NCBI GenBank assembly: GCA_041688155.1
Contig: JBDNIW010000003.1
Span: 5,555-69,554, forward strand
Direction of reading: 5' to 3'
From: Minisyncoccota bacterium
GTDB taxonomy: Bacteria; Patescibacteriota; Minisyncoccia; Phycocordibacterales; UBA918
DNA length: 64,000 nucleotides
Under the pieces are notes generated by a model that was given only the letters and a program-made list of their open reading frames with translations, made no database searches and was not told the DNA's origin. The translations under genes and the position numbers were made by a program. Positions 9,705 to 18,422 of the stretch are shown here, in pieces; within the stretch, counting starts at the first letter, position 1; every line of letters starts with the position of its first letter.

Positions 9705-10450
9705 ATAAGCTTCCTACATTTTATAAAGATACGGCTACCTGTTTCGCTGTTTCCGATGAGTACCTTTGATCTGTATAGATTCAAAATAGATCTATTTAAT
9801 TTTGGCGTGTTAAGTAGGAATAGTCGGTTTGCTAAACACCGTTCAAGAATTTTTCCAAACAGCCCTTTTTTATTCAAGTAGCAAACTTCTTCAATTTCAA
9901 AGTAGGGATTGAGGTGTGATTCTAGAGACTCATGAGTGAAGTGCTGGTAATGTTTACCATTCGTTACAACATTAGTTGTGGGTGTTGTGAGAATAAAAAT
10001 CCCACCATTCTGTATTGATTCAGAAATGTGTCTAACATAATCATCAACTTTTTTTGGCAAGATATGCTCTATCACCTCGCAGGAGATAATCACATCAGAT
10101 TTTTGTTCCAGTGGCTTTCTTGTTATATCGTGTACAAAAAAATCAGCTCTATTCGTGAATCCTCTTGCAAAGTGTAGTGCTCGTGAGGAGATATCTACAC
10201 CTGTGTATGAGGCTAATTTATTATTTTCTAGCTCGCTAATGATCCTTCCTTCGCCACACCCAACATCGACAAGTGTTTTGTATTCAAGTTCGTTAATTTT
10301 ATCTATAACAAAATTTATATATGTAATATGTTCCAACCCCCAAAATAAATGTTTGAAAGTAAAAAAACCATCTTTTGTTATATGGGCAAGATGATGGTAC
10401 GGGAAATGATACTGATCTTCCTGTAAATTTTCTTTATGTAGTTCTCCCAT
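9701..10450 (-). CDS. class I SAM-dependent methyltransferase
   Basis: LVDVGCGEGRI...GVDIS...DVIISCEVIEHI. Confidence 0.8.
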   Translation of the reverse strand: MGELHKENLQEDQYHFPYHHLAHITKDGFFTFKHLFWGLEHITYINFVIDKINELEYKTLVDVGCGEGRIISELENNKLASYTGVDISSRALHFARGFTNRADFFVHDITRKPLEQKSDVIISCEVIEHILPKKVDDYVRHISESIQNGGIFILTTPTTNVVTNGKHYQHFTHESLESHLNPYFEIEEVCYLNKKGLFGKILERCLANRLFLLNTPKLNRSILNLYRSKVLIGNSETGSRIFIKCRKLI

Positions 10451-10484
10451 ACGATTTTGAAATAATTAATTTTATTTTAACACC

Positions 10485-11732
10485 TTATTCTTTTGCTTGG
10501 TAGAAGTAAATCATATACGCACTAATAGCAACAAAAGCTCTATACAACACTCTTGATACAACCGCTCCAATTAGTCCGTACAACGGAAGCAGTATGAGTA
10601 AAAGTGTAATTTGGAATATGCTGGTTACTATGTTGAATGTGTACAACCGCTTCTTTGCTAATTGAGCTTTCATCCCTGCAATTGGTAAACTACCGATACC
10701 AAATAGAATTGCGAGTGCGTAAACCTGCGAAAGATACACCGACTCAGCATAGGCGGGATACAGAACTGCAAAAATGTATGGGGCGACCAGAATGTACGTT
10801 AGCGCTAGCACCAATAAACAGATAAAATAAATGACTGTCTTGTGCCACATGCGCGCTCGGACACTCTTGGCCGAATGTTTGGAGAAGCGGGGGAGAACCA
10901 TCGTTTCGATCGTCTTTGTAAATCCTTTATATTGATCCGGCAGTGCAGTGGCAAACGCGTACGTGGCCAACTCAATTGCGCCCAAGTTTTGAAAGATTAG
11001 TATTTTGTCAGCTTGGTTTGATAGAGTTGAAATGATATTTTGGACACTGATGTGTTTTGAGTAGTTGGTGATGTTTGTTGCCTCTGGTCGGGTGAGGTCA
11101 ATGGTTGCTTCGTGTCTGGTATACAGAATCCGCACCAATTGGTTAGCCGCCAGGTTACCGATCAGGTAAGCGCTGATCAGCACAAATATATTTCCCGACA
11201 ACACAATAGCTGCCACAGTACTGCACGTAGTGATTAACACACGTAGTACGTGGGCGGTAGTGTTTTCGTAGAATCTTTGCTCACCGACCAACTGTGCAAA
11301 AATCAGCGTCGTGGTGTTAATCAGTGGTTGGAATAACCCAATCAAGATTAGACCGATGGCGAGTTGGTTGTTGTCATTAAATGCATAGTATCCAGCCCCT
11401 ATGCACGCCAGAGCACTCACTATCAATCCGTATTTGACACTCAACCTACTGGCATACGCCAGGTACCCCACGATGTGTTTGGCTGCTGCTTGGGTCACAC
11501 CGGTTTGCAACCCTGTGAGTGAAAAAGCCGTGAGAATAATCCCCGCAGTAACGAGGTATTTATAAACACCATATGTTTGCGGATCAAGAAAGTTCGCAAA
11601 AAAGTATGAGGTTGCCAATATAGATACAATGGTGAACAAGTGGCCACTCATTAGCCAAAACCCACCATTAACAAAATACCGCACATCAAAGCGAAGTTTT
11701 TTCGTTAGGATTGATTCGATTTTAGAAATCAT
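10485..11732 (-). CDS. Wzx-like oligosaccharide flippase / polysaccharide biosynthesis (MOP superfamily) membrane protein
   Basis: 415 aa, about 12 predicted TM helices, family-typical N-terminus (KLRFDVRYFVNGGFWLMSGHLF). Confidence 0.75.
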   Translation of the reverse strand: MISKIESILTKKLRFDVRYFVNGGFWLMSGHLFTIVSILATSYFFANFLDPQTYGVYKYLVTAGIILTAFSLTGLQTGVTQAAAKHIVGYLAYASRLSVKYGLIVSALACIGAGYYAFNDNNQLAIGLILIGLFQPLINTTTLIFAQLVGEQRFYENTTAHVLRVLITTCSTVAAIVLSGNIFVLISAYLIGNLAANQLVRILYTRHEATIDLTRPEATNITNYSKHISVQNIISTLSNQADKILIFQNLGAIELATYAFATALPDQYKGFTKTIETMVLPRFSKHSAKSVRARMWHKTVIYFICLLVLALTYILVAPYIFAVLYPAYAESVYLSQVYALAILFGIGSLPIAGMKAQLAKKRLYTFNIVTSIFQITLLLILLPLYGLIGAVVSRVLYRAFVAISAYMIYFYQAKE

Positions 11733-12055
11733 GATTACTATAAGTGTGCATGTTTGTGCACAGGATCCTGCCCTTCACAACAAACGATAACCGTATTTTT
11801 CCTGGTGAAAAGTAACACCGTTCAGTTTACTAATTATATATCGATACGTACTTGGACTATAACAAGTTCAGGTCGATATAAGTTCCAGTTGCTAGATAAT
11901 CACAGTATATCCCTGGCGCGTCATGCTACATATATGTACCTATTCTCCTATTATAAACAAAGTTGTTCGGATCAGCTGAAATGTAGGTGTCTTTATGATT
12001 TGCTTGGTGGTGGAGCGATACCCGCACTAGTTCACCAGCTGCTATACTAATGACA

Positions 12056-12784
12056 ATGAAACACCCATTAACCCTTGGTGCTATCCTCGCGATGTTGCTG
12101 GCGGGTGGGGTGACTGGGTACACGGTGATCCAGAATCGGGACGTGGATATTTTTGAGTCGAGTGTTCACGTGGTGAGCTACGTGGTCGATGGCGATACGA
12201 TTGATATCGCGAACGACGTCCGTGTGCGGCTGCTGGGGATCGATGCACCGGAGCGTGGTGAGTGTGGGTACGTCGAGTCCCGCGCGTTTCTGACCCAACT
12301 AGTGGCGGGGAAGCCAATCAGAATCGAGAAAGACATCACCGGGGCTGATCAGTACGGCCGACTGTTGCGCTACGTGTACCTGCCGTCAGCTGCAGCAGCG
12401 GCCGATGATGTATTGGTTAATGACGCCCTGCTGCGGGCTGGTCACGCCCGGACGCTGGGTATCGCGCCAGACAATCGCTACCGTGACTTGTTTGCCACTG
12501 CCCAGGAGCAAGCCAAGCAAGCTAGCCGCGGTATCTGGGGCGTGTGCGATGTGCTCGACGAAGAATCAGCCAGTCAGTCCGACAGCCAGCCCACCGACCC
12601 TGCGTGCATCATCAAGGGTAACGTCTCCGCCAAGTCATTCGGTCGCAATTATTTTTACCCAGGCTGTCCCAACTACAATCGGATCAAGATTGACCTGAGT
12701 AAAGGCGAGGGGTATTTCTGTACCGAAGCCGAGGCCAGGGAAGCGGGCTTTACTCGGTCAGTGTCGTGCGATAGCACGTTTTAA
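12056..12784 (+). CDS. secreted/membrane-anchored thermonuclease (SNase-like) with C-terminal Cys-containing module
   Basis: Signal/TM anchor; SNase core VVDGDTIDI...VRLLGIDAPE...YGRLLRYVY; C-terminal CIIKGN...YFYPGCPNYNRI...YFCTEAEAREAGF. ATG 12050 is 2 nt after the -10 TGCTATACT, so 12056 is the preferred start. Confidence 0.75.
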   Translation: MKHPLTLGAILAMLLAGGVTGYTVIQNRDVDIFESSVHVVSYVVDGDTIDIANDVRVRLLGIDAPERGECGYVESRAFLTQLVAGKPIRIEKDITGADQYGRLLRYVYLPSAAAAADDVLVNDALLRAGHARTLGIAPDNRYRDLFATAQEQAKQASRGIWGVCDVLDEESASQSDSQPTDPACIIKGNVSAKSFGRNYFYPGCPNYNRIKIDLSKGEGYFCTEAEAREAGFTRSVSCDSTF

Positions 12785-12831
12785 CCGTTGCTACCAATAA
12801 CCTGTTCAGCGGTTTGGTATACTGTAATCAT

Positions 12832-13176
12832 ATGACCATCATAATTTTCTTGGTTGGGTTGCTACTGGGTGTTGGGTCGGGGGTGCTGATCGGTCGCCAG
12901 GCACGGGCAGCCAGCCCAGACCTGTTTACCGAGGATGACATGGAGAGTGACCCGCGCCTGACGGCCGCGCACGTCGCTCTGCGGCAGCGCACCGAGCGGC
13001 GCCTCGCCAGAATCTTGGCCCAAGCCCAAACCGACGGCCGAATTACCAACAACGGCGCCGAAGAGCTGTTCTGCATCAGCGACCGCACCGCCAGCGTATA
13101 TCTGTCCGAGTTGACCAAGCGCGGTGACCTGGAGCGACAGGGGGCCGGCCGAGGCACATTTTACACCCCCAAATAA
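12832..13176 (+). CDS. small membrane-anchored winged-HTH protein
   Basis: N-terminal TM (IIIFLVGLLLGVGSGVLIG); C-terminal wHTH-like ...NGAEELFCISDRTASVYLSELTKRGDLERQGAGRGTFYTPK; -10 TGGTATACT 8 nt upstream. Confidence 0.55.
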   Translation: MTIIIFLVGLLLGVGSGVLIGRQARAASPDLFTEDDMESDPRLTAAHVALRQRTERRLARILAQAQTDGRITNNGAEELFCISDRTASVYLSELTKRGDLERQGAGRGTFYTPK

Positions 13177-13218
13177 ACCCCTAATCCCGCAGAATACCCG
13201 CTATTGTGCGGGATTAGG
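13149..13218. repeat. direct repeat copy 1 (last 9 codons of gene 12832..13176 plus hairpin terminator)
   Basis: ccgaggcacattttacacccccaaataaacccctaatcccgcagaatacccgctattgtgcgggattag; near-identical copy at 13911..13978. Confidence 0.9.
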
Positions 13219-13305
13219 GTGTTTGTTGCTTTTCTCTACTGGTAGCCTGTGGGATTTTGTACTTTCGATGTTTGACACGTTGTATACATTGTATATACTA
13301 CATAG

Positions 13306-13581
13306 GTGAAGTACTTCGACTGGAATGAAGAAAAAAACCGGTGGTTAGCGCAAGAACGAGCCGTCACGTTTGAACTTTGCGTGGCGTGTATCGAACAAGG
13401 CTATCTGCTTGATACGTTACAAAACAAAGCTCCACACGGACACCAACAAGTATTTATCGTCAATATCGAAGGGTATGCGTACCGGGTACCGTTTGTGCAA
13501 GACGGAGACAAAATATTTCTCAAAACCATGTATCCAAGCAAAAAAGACACCGCTGCCTATTTGTTACCAAAAGATATGTAA
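13306..13581 (+). CDS. brnT: BrnT-family (DUF497-like) type II toxin
   Basis: 91 aa, N-terminus MKYFDWNEEKNRWLAQERAVTFE resembles BrnT FEWDENKN...HGVSFEE. Confidence 0.6.
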   Translation: MKYFDWNEEKNRWLAQERAVTFELCVACIEQGYLLDTLQNKAPHGHQQVFIVNIEGYAYRVPFVQDGDKIFLKTMYPSKKDTAAYLLPKDM

Positions 13582-13600
13582 AGTTTATATATTCCACAGC

Positions 13601-13858
13601 ATGAAAAAACTACAACTAACACCTGAAGAAAAAAAACTAGACGCTGCAATTGATCGCGGCGAGTATGTGTCTGTGCATACACCAGCGCTAGCTGATCAGT
13701 ATGCCAAAATCGCCAAAGCCACTTTTGCCAAACAGCGAACGGTCAATGTGCGTATTTCAGAGCGCAATTTGCTCCGCCTCAAAGCTGTGGCGTCTCGCCA
13801 AGGAATGACCTACCAAACCTACATCACCGGACTGATTCAAAAGCACGTCGAAAACTAG
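13601..13858 (+). CDS. brnA: CopG/RHH-type antitoxin (BrnA-like)
   Basis: 85 aa; LTPEEKKLDAAIDRGEYVSV...VNVRISERNLLRLKAVASRQGMTYQTYITGLIQKHV matches the RHH antitoxins that pair with BrnT. Confidence 0.6.
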   Translation: MKKLQLTPEEKKLDAAIDRGEYVSVHTPALADQYAKIAKATFAKQRTVNVRISERNLLRLKAVASRQGMTYQTYITGLIQKHVEN

Positions 13859-13910
13859 TGATTGTTTTTCCTAGACTAATCAAGGGGTACCCTTAGTTAT
13901 AGTGCACTGA

Positions 13911-13978
13911 CCGAGGCACATTTTACACCCCCAAATAACCCCTAATCCCGCAGAATACCCGCTATTGTGCGGGATTAG
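13911..13978. repeat. direct repeat copy 2
   Basis: 68 nt identical to 13149..13218 apart from one A; preceded by a relict stop-bounded stub (TAG at 13900-13902). Confidence 0.9.
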
Positions 13979-14160
13979 CAGATTATGACCATCCAGCCCA
14001 CACCCTATGCATGGTAGTATTTTTATATGACAATGAAGTCCTGGAAAATACTACATAATTTTACCGAGGGTATAGCTCGCGCTTCTGTAGATTGGTACGG
14101 TAAAATTAAAATAGTCACTGCTTACTTTACCGAAATCTTCCCTAATAATGAAAAAAATAT

Positions 14161-14583
14161 ATGGAACAAAAAATAAATCAGACACTTGAGAGAATCTCTG
14201 CAAGTAATAAAGATCTCAAACAGAGAATGAACCAAGAGAACTGGTCTGTTTCATATAATAAAAAAACTGACATGTTATCTATCGGTGGAGTTTTTTCAGA
14301 TAATTCAAGCTACGTCCCACTTGGAGATGGTACGCTCATCAGAATAGACGCAAACCACCGAATCTGTGGCTTCTCGGTTGAAAACACCAAACTATTTATG
14401 GCAGAAAACCCAGACTTAGGATTTGCTTTATCTTTTTATGTCTATCCAGTGCGCAGCTACTTGCAGCTTCCATTCTATTTTCTCTTGTATCATACAACCA
14501 AAGGTTTTAGTGATGCGTTTAGCAAGATGCGAGTCATGACGTCTCTCTCGGACCACGTAGCAGGTCGGACGATGTTTGCCTAA
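14161..14583 (+). CDS. hypothetical protein (AT-rich, possibly decayed)
   Basis: 140-aa ORF in a low-GC, poorly coding stretch. Confidence 0.3.
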   Translation: MEQKINQTLERISASNKDLKQRMNQENWSVSYNKKTDMLSIGGVFSDNSSYVPLGDGTLIRIDANHRICGFSVENTKLFMAENPDLGFALSFYVYPVRSYLQLPFYFLLYHTTKGFSDAFSKMRVMTSLSDHVAGRTMFA

Positions 14584-14735
14584 ACTTGCTGGTGAGCGGA
14601 AACCACACTTTGTGTGTTGGCAATTAAATCCCCAAGGGTTGCCCTCGGGGATGTTCTTATATGGAACCGAATTCTTTCTAAATAAATACCTTTGCCTGCA
14701 AGTGATTTGTAGCTGCTCGTCTGGCGCGTTCAGCA

Positions 14736-14765
14736 TTGACAAGTGTTTGACATCAGTGCTAATAT
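14736..14765 (+). promoter_or_regulatory. sigma70-type promoter (TTGACA-N18-TAATAT)
   Basis: -35 TTGACA at 14736-14741, -10 TAATAT at 14760-14765. Confidence 0.5.
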
Positions 14766-14772
14766 ATTTACG

Positions 14773-14870
14773 TGTCTGTCGGGGTGAAAGCCCCTCCCTA
14801 GCTAACGAATTCGTAAGCTGGCAGGCAGGCACTCAAGAGCGTCCCACTTTACCAGTGGGACTTTTTTGTT
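14773..14870 (+). ncRNA. candidate ~96-nt small RNA
   Basis: Promoter above plus intrinsic terminator GTCCCACT-TTACC-AGTGGGAC-TTTTTT (14841-14870); internal GUGUCUGUC/GGCAGGCAC 9-bp helix, GGGG-UGAAAG-CCCC hairpin and palindromic ACGAAUUCGU. Confidence 0.4.
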
Positions 14871-15143
14871 GCCCTATGATCGCTTACCAAATTTTTTACC
14901 CATGACACTTAAAAAATGAACATTCCCGTTGCCAATTTTCCGTAAAACTATTTTGATTTTTAGATTGTCCTCAACTTCAATCCATTCCAAAATCCAGAGC
15001 GTGCACCTTGGATCAGTATGACTTTTCCGTGTCGCTGTTTTTGCCGTAGCAGGGCTTGTGTGGCAACAAACATAGTGAGACCCTTAGTTTGCGCACTCGT
15101 CTAGTCACGGGGAGGTGGGTGTGCATGATATAGTTTCTCGCAT

Positions 15144-17360
15144 ATGAAAGATTTCTTAAAATGGTCAGTCTACGCGGGGTTGTTTGCGGTTCCGTTTCTG
15201 ACGCTGTACGTAGCCAATGATTATTTCTTCCCGTTTATTACCGGCAAGAACTTTGGGTTCCGGATTATTGTCGGGTGTACCCTCATCGCCTGGCTGCTGC
15301 TGACGCTCTATGACACGCGGTATCGACCCAAGTTTTCTTGGATCCTGACTAGTTTTGGGGCGCTGCTCGGGGTGATGTTTCTGGCCAACTTGTTTGGTGT
15401 GCATCCCAACTCTAGTTTCTGGAGTAATTTCGAACGGATGGATGGGTACGTGTCGCTCGTGCATACGTTCTTCTACATGATTATATTGGGCAGTATGTTG
15501 ACGACCAAGACCCACTGGACGTGGCTGCTCAACGTCTCGCTCGGGGTGTCTGGGTACGTGGCGCTCTATGGGTTGGGGCAGTATTTTGGCTTCCTGCCGG
15601 GCTCGAACCGCATCGACAGTACGCTGGGTAACGCGGCCTACATGGCGGTATACATGTTGTTCCATATCTTTATCGCGTTGTGGCTACTCGTGTCGAGTAG
15701 CGAACTATGGCAGAAAATAATCTACGGCGTATCGATCCCAGTGTTGACGTTTGTGCTGGTCGAGACTGGTACTCGTGGGACGACGGTTGGACTAGTCGTG
15801 GGGGCGTTAGTGCTGTGTGCGTACGTCGGACTATTTGGCGCGCAGTTCCAGCAGTACCGCAAATACGCCATTGGTGCGTTCGCGGTACTGCTGGTACTGC
15901 TGGGTGGGTTTGTGGCGGCGCGCGACTCAGCGTTTGTTCAGGACCAGACCAACCTCGCCCGTATCGCCAACATCTCAGTAGCTGACCTCGAGATCCGTGG
16001 GATCATCTGGGGGATGGCCTGGGAAGGGGTCAAAGAGCGACCTATTCTCGGGTACGGCCAGAGTAACTTTAACTACGTGTTCAATGAGCAGTACGACCCG
16101 CGACTGTACGCGCAGGAGCAATGGTTCGACCGGGCGCACAACATCTTTATGGACTGGCTTATCGCTGGCGGGTTCTTGGGGCTGTTGGTTTATCTTAGTA
16201 TATTTGTGGCCTGTCTGTATTACTTGGTTTGGCGACCGTGGCGCCATGACGACCAGACGTTTACCGTGATTGAGCGGGGGATTTTGGTCGGGTTGTTGGC
16301 TGGGTATGTTACCCACAACCTGGTGGTGTTTGATAACATCGTCAGCTATATATTCTTTGCGGTGATCCTCGGTTTGATCCACTCGCGCGTGGCCACCCCA
16401 ATCAAATCAATCGCGACCAAGAAAGTGGATGAATCGGTAATCCTGCAGGTGGCGTTGCCGCTTGGTATCGCTGTGTTTGCGGCCATAGTGTATTTTGTGC
16501 ACTTGCCAGGGATGTCGGCCGCTGGTGACATCCTCAAGGCGTACGGCACCATGCGACCAACCGTCGAGCAGGGTGTGCAGCGACCGCCTGCTGGCCCAGC
16601 TGCGATGCTGGAGGAATTTAGAACTGCCGTCAGTCGAGACTCGTTTGCGTACCAAGAGATCACCGAGCAGATAGCGCAGCAATCAATGGGGCTCGCGCGG
16701 GCATCCGATGTCGACGCCGACATCCTAGCCGCCTTTGCCGCCTACTCAGAAGAACAACTGGCTGACCTGGTCGCCCGCAAACCAGGCGACGCTCGCATCC
16801 ACGTGTTTGTCGCTAGCTACTATCGCGCGACCAACCAGCTCGACCGGGCTGCCGCCGAGATGGCCATCGCTCGCTCGCTGTCGCCTGATAAGCAAAGCAT
16901 CATCATCCAGCAAGGGTTCATCGAGCTGGCCAATGGTCAGATTGACGCCGCTCACGAGTTTTTCACCACCGCGTTTACGTTAGATGAGCGCAACCCCGAA
17001 GCGCGCGAGTACTACGCCGCCTCACTGCTCTACCAAAACGACATCTCTGGAGCAGTGGCCCTACTCGACACCGAAGCGACCAAAACCCGGTTCGCAAACA
17101 GTGATTTCCTACTTGGTGCCGCCAACCAGGTCAACGCCACCGAGCTCCTCATCGAGCTGTTTACCCACCGGTTAGAGCAAGACAACTCGAACGCCCAGAG
17201 TTGGGCAACCCTCGCGTTCTTGTACTACAACCAGGCCGACAACGACGGGGCCATCCGGATTTTGAACGAAGCCCAGGTCGCCATCCCAGGGTTTGCCAGC
17301 ACTGCGACTTGTATCATTGGCAACATCACCGCTGAGGTTGATCCGCAGACTGGCTGTTAA
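15144..17360 (+). CDS. Wzy_C-family (O-antigen ligase / PglL-like) membrane protein with C-terminal TPR repeats
   Basis: 738 aa; multi-TM N-terminus; Wzy_C signature GYGQSNFNYVFNEQYDP...FDRAHNIFMDWLIAGGFLG; C-terminal ~300 aa TPR-like. Confidence 0.75.
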   Translation: MKDFLKWSVYAGLFAVPFLTLYVANDYFFPFITGKNFGFRIIVGCTLIAWLLLTLYDTRYRPKFSWILTSFGALLGVMFLANLFGVHPNSSFWSNFERMDGYVSLVHTFFYMIILGSMLTTKTHWTWLLNVSLGVSGYVALYGLGQYFGFLPGSNRIDSTLGNAAYMAVYMLFHIFIALWLLVSSSELWQKIIYGVSIPVLTFVLVETGTRGTTVGLVVGALVLCAYVGLFGAQFQQYRKYAIGAFAVLLVLLGGFVAARDSAFVQDQTNLARIANISVADLEIRGIIWGMAWEGVKERPILGYGQSNFNYVFNEQYDPRLYAQEQWFDRAHNIFMDWLIAGGFLGLLVYLSIFVACLYYLVWRPWRHDDQTFTVIERGILVGLLAGYVTHNLVVFDNIVSYIFFAVILGLIHSRVATPIKSIATKKVDESVILQVALPLGIAVFAAIVYFVHLPGMSAAGDILKAYGTMRPTVEQGVQRPPAGPAAMLEEFRTAVSRDSFAYQEITEQIAQQSMGLARASDVDADILAAFAAYSEEQLADLVARKPGDARIHVFVASYYRATNQLDRAAAEMAIARSLSPDKQSIIIQQGFIELANGQIDAAHEFFTTAFTLDERNPEAREYYAASLLYQNDISGAVALLDTEATKTRFANSDFLLGAANQVNATELLIELFTHRLEQDNSNAQSWATLAFLYYNQADNDGAIRILNEAQVAIPGFASTATCIIGNITAEVDPQTGC

Positions 17361-17366
17361 TCATCT

Positions 17367-18383
17367 ATGTTGCTACAAGAGCACGTCACGCTAGCCCCGT
17401 ATACGACGCTCAAAGTGGGTGGGGTTGGTCGCTACCTGGCTGTGGTTGACTCTGTCGGTGCGGTTGAGTCGGTACGACAGTTTGCGTTGCAAACTGTCGT
17501 ACCGGTGCTGGTCCTGGGGTACGGATCCAACGTGCTCATTTCAGATAGTGGGTTTGCTGGTCTGGTGATTGTGAACCAGATCAAGGGTCGGACCTACACT
17601 CAGGCACCTGACGGGACAACCCACGCCACCTTTGGCGCTGGTGAGGACTGGGACGCCGTTGTGGCTGACACGGTTGAGCGGGGCTACTGGGGCTTAGAGA
17701 ACCTCAGTCATATCCCCGGCACCGTCGGTGCTACTCCAATCCAAAACGTTGGCGCCTACGGAGTCGAGGTGTCAGAGCGGATTGTCTCGGTTGCAGCCAT
17801 CTCGCTCGTGACCGGCGCAGTCAGAACCTTCACCCCCGCCGAGTGCCTGTTTTCGTACCGTGATTCTTATTTCAAAACGGAGCCAGGACGCAACTGGCTG
17901 ATCACGGACGTCACGTTTATACTCCACCCAACTAGAGCGGCCGCGGTGCTGACCTACGCTGACCTACGTACGTTTGCCGCCGCTCACCTGGACTACACCG
18001 CCGCGGACATCCGCGCCGAGATCATCAGCATCCGCTCGACCAAATTCCCCCACTGGCAGACCATCGGTACCGCGGGGTCGTATTTCAAAAACCCGTCGAT
18101 TACCCTGGCGCAAGTGGCAGCATTATTGGACCGCTACCCAGCGTTACCGCACTGGCCGCAACCTGACGGTACTGTCAAAGTTTCACTAGGCTGGATCCTC
18201 GACCAGGTATGTGGTTTGCGTGGCTACACCGACGGAGCGGTGAGTCTCTCAGCCCATCAGGCTTTGGTGCTACTAAACACCGGTGACTCAGCGACTGCTA
18301 TCACTGAGTTTGCCCAGTACGTCGCCGACACCGTGTATAAGAAAACCCACATCACCATCGAACCAGAGGTGCGCTCCGTCTAA
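17367..18383 (+). CDS. murB: UDP-N-acetylenolpyruvoylglucosamine reductase
   Basis: FAD-binding PCMH domain LGYGSNVLISDSGFAGLVI; MurB C-terminal domain. Confidence 0.9.
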   Translation: MLLQEHVTLAPYTTLKVGGVGRYLAVVDSVGAVESVRQFALQTVVPVLVLGYGSNVLISDSGFAGLVIVNQIKGRTYTQAPDGTTHATFGAGEDWDAVVADTVERGYWGLENLSHIPGTVGATPIQNVGAYGVEVSERIVSVAAISLVTGAVRTFTPAECLFSYRDSYFKTEPGRNWLITDVTFILHPTRAAAVLTYADLRTFAAAHLDYTAADIRAEIISIRSTKFPHWQTIGTAGSYFKNPSITLAQVAALLDRYPALPHWPQPDGTVKVSLGWILDQVCGLRGYTDGAVSLSAHQALVLLNTGDSATAITEFAQYVADTVYKKTHITIEPEVRSV

Positions 18384-18422
18384 CCTTTGCACTGCACTAC
18401 TAACACCTATATACTAGCAACT

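Noticed and set aside
12068-12317. Minus-strand ORFs of 76-78 aa inside the nuclease gene
   Set aside because: They are antisense to a well-supported CDS in GC-rich sequence.
14786-14800. GGGGTGAAAGCCCC as an RNase P P4/J-like AGGGUGAAA motif
   Set aside because: The surrounding sequence lacks every other RNase P RNA conserved element, and the locus is only about 96 nt between promoter and terminator.
15165-16723. Several 90-170-aa minus-strand ORFs inside the Wzy_C gene
   Set aside because: They are antisense to a long, well-supported membrane-protein CDS.
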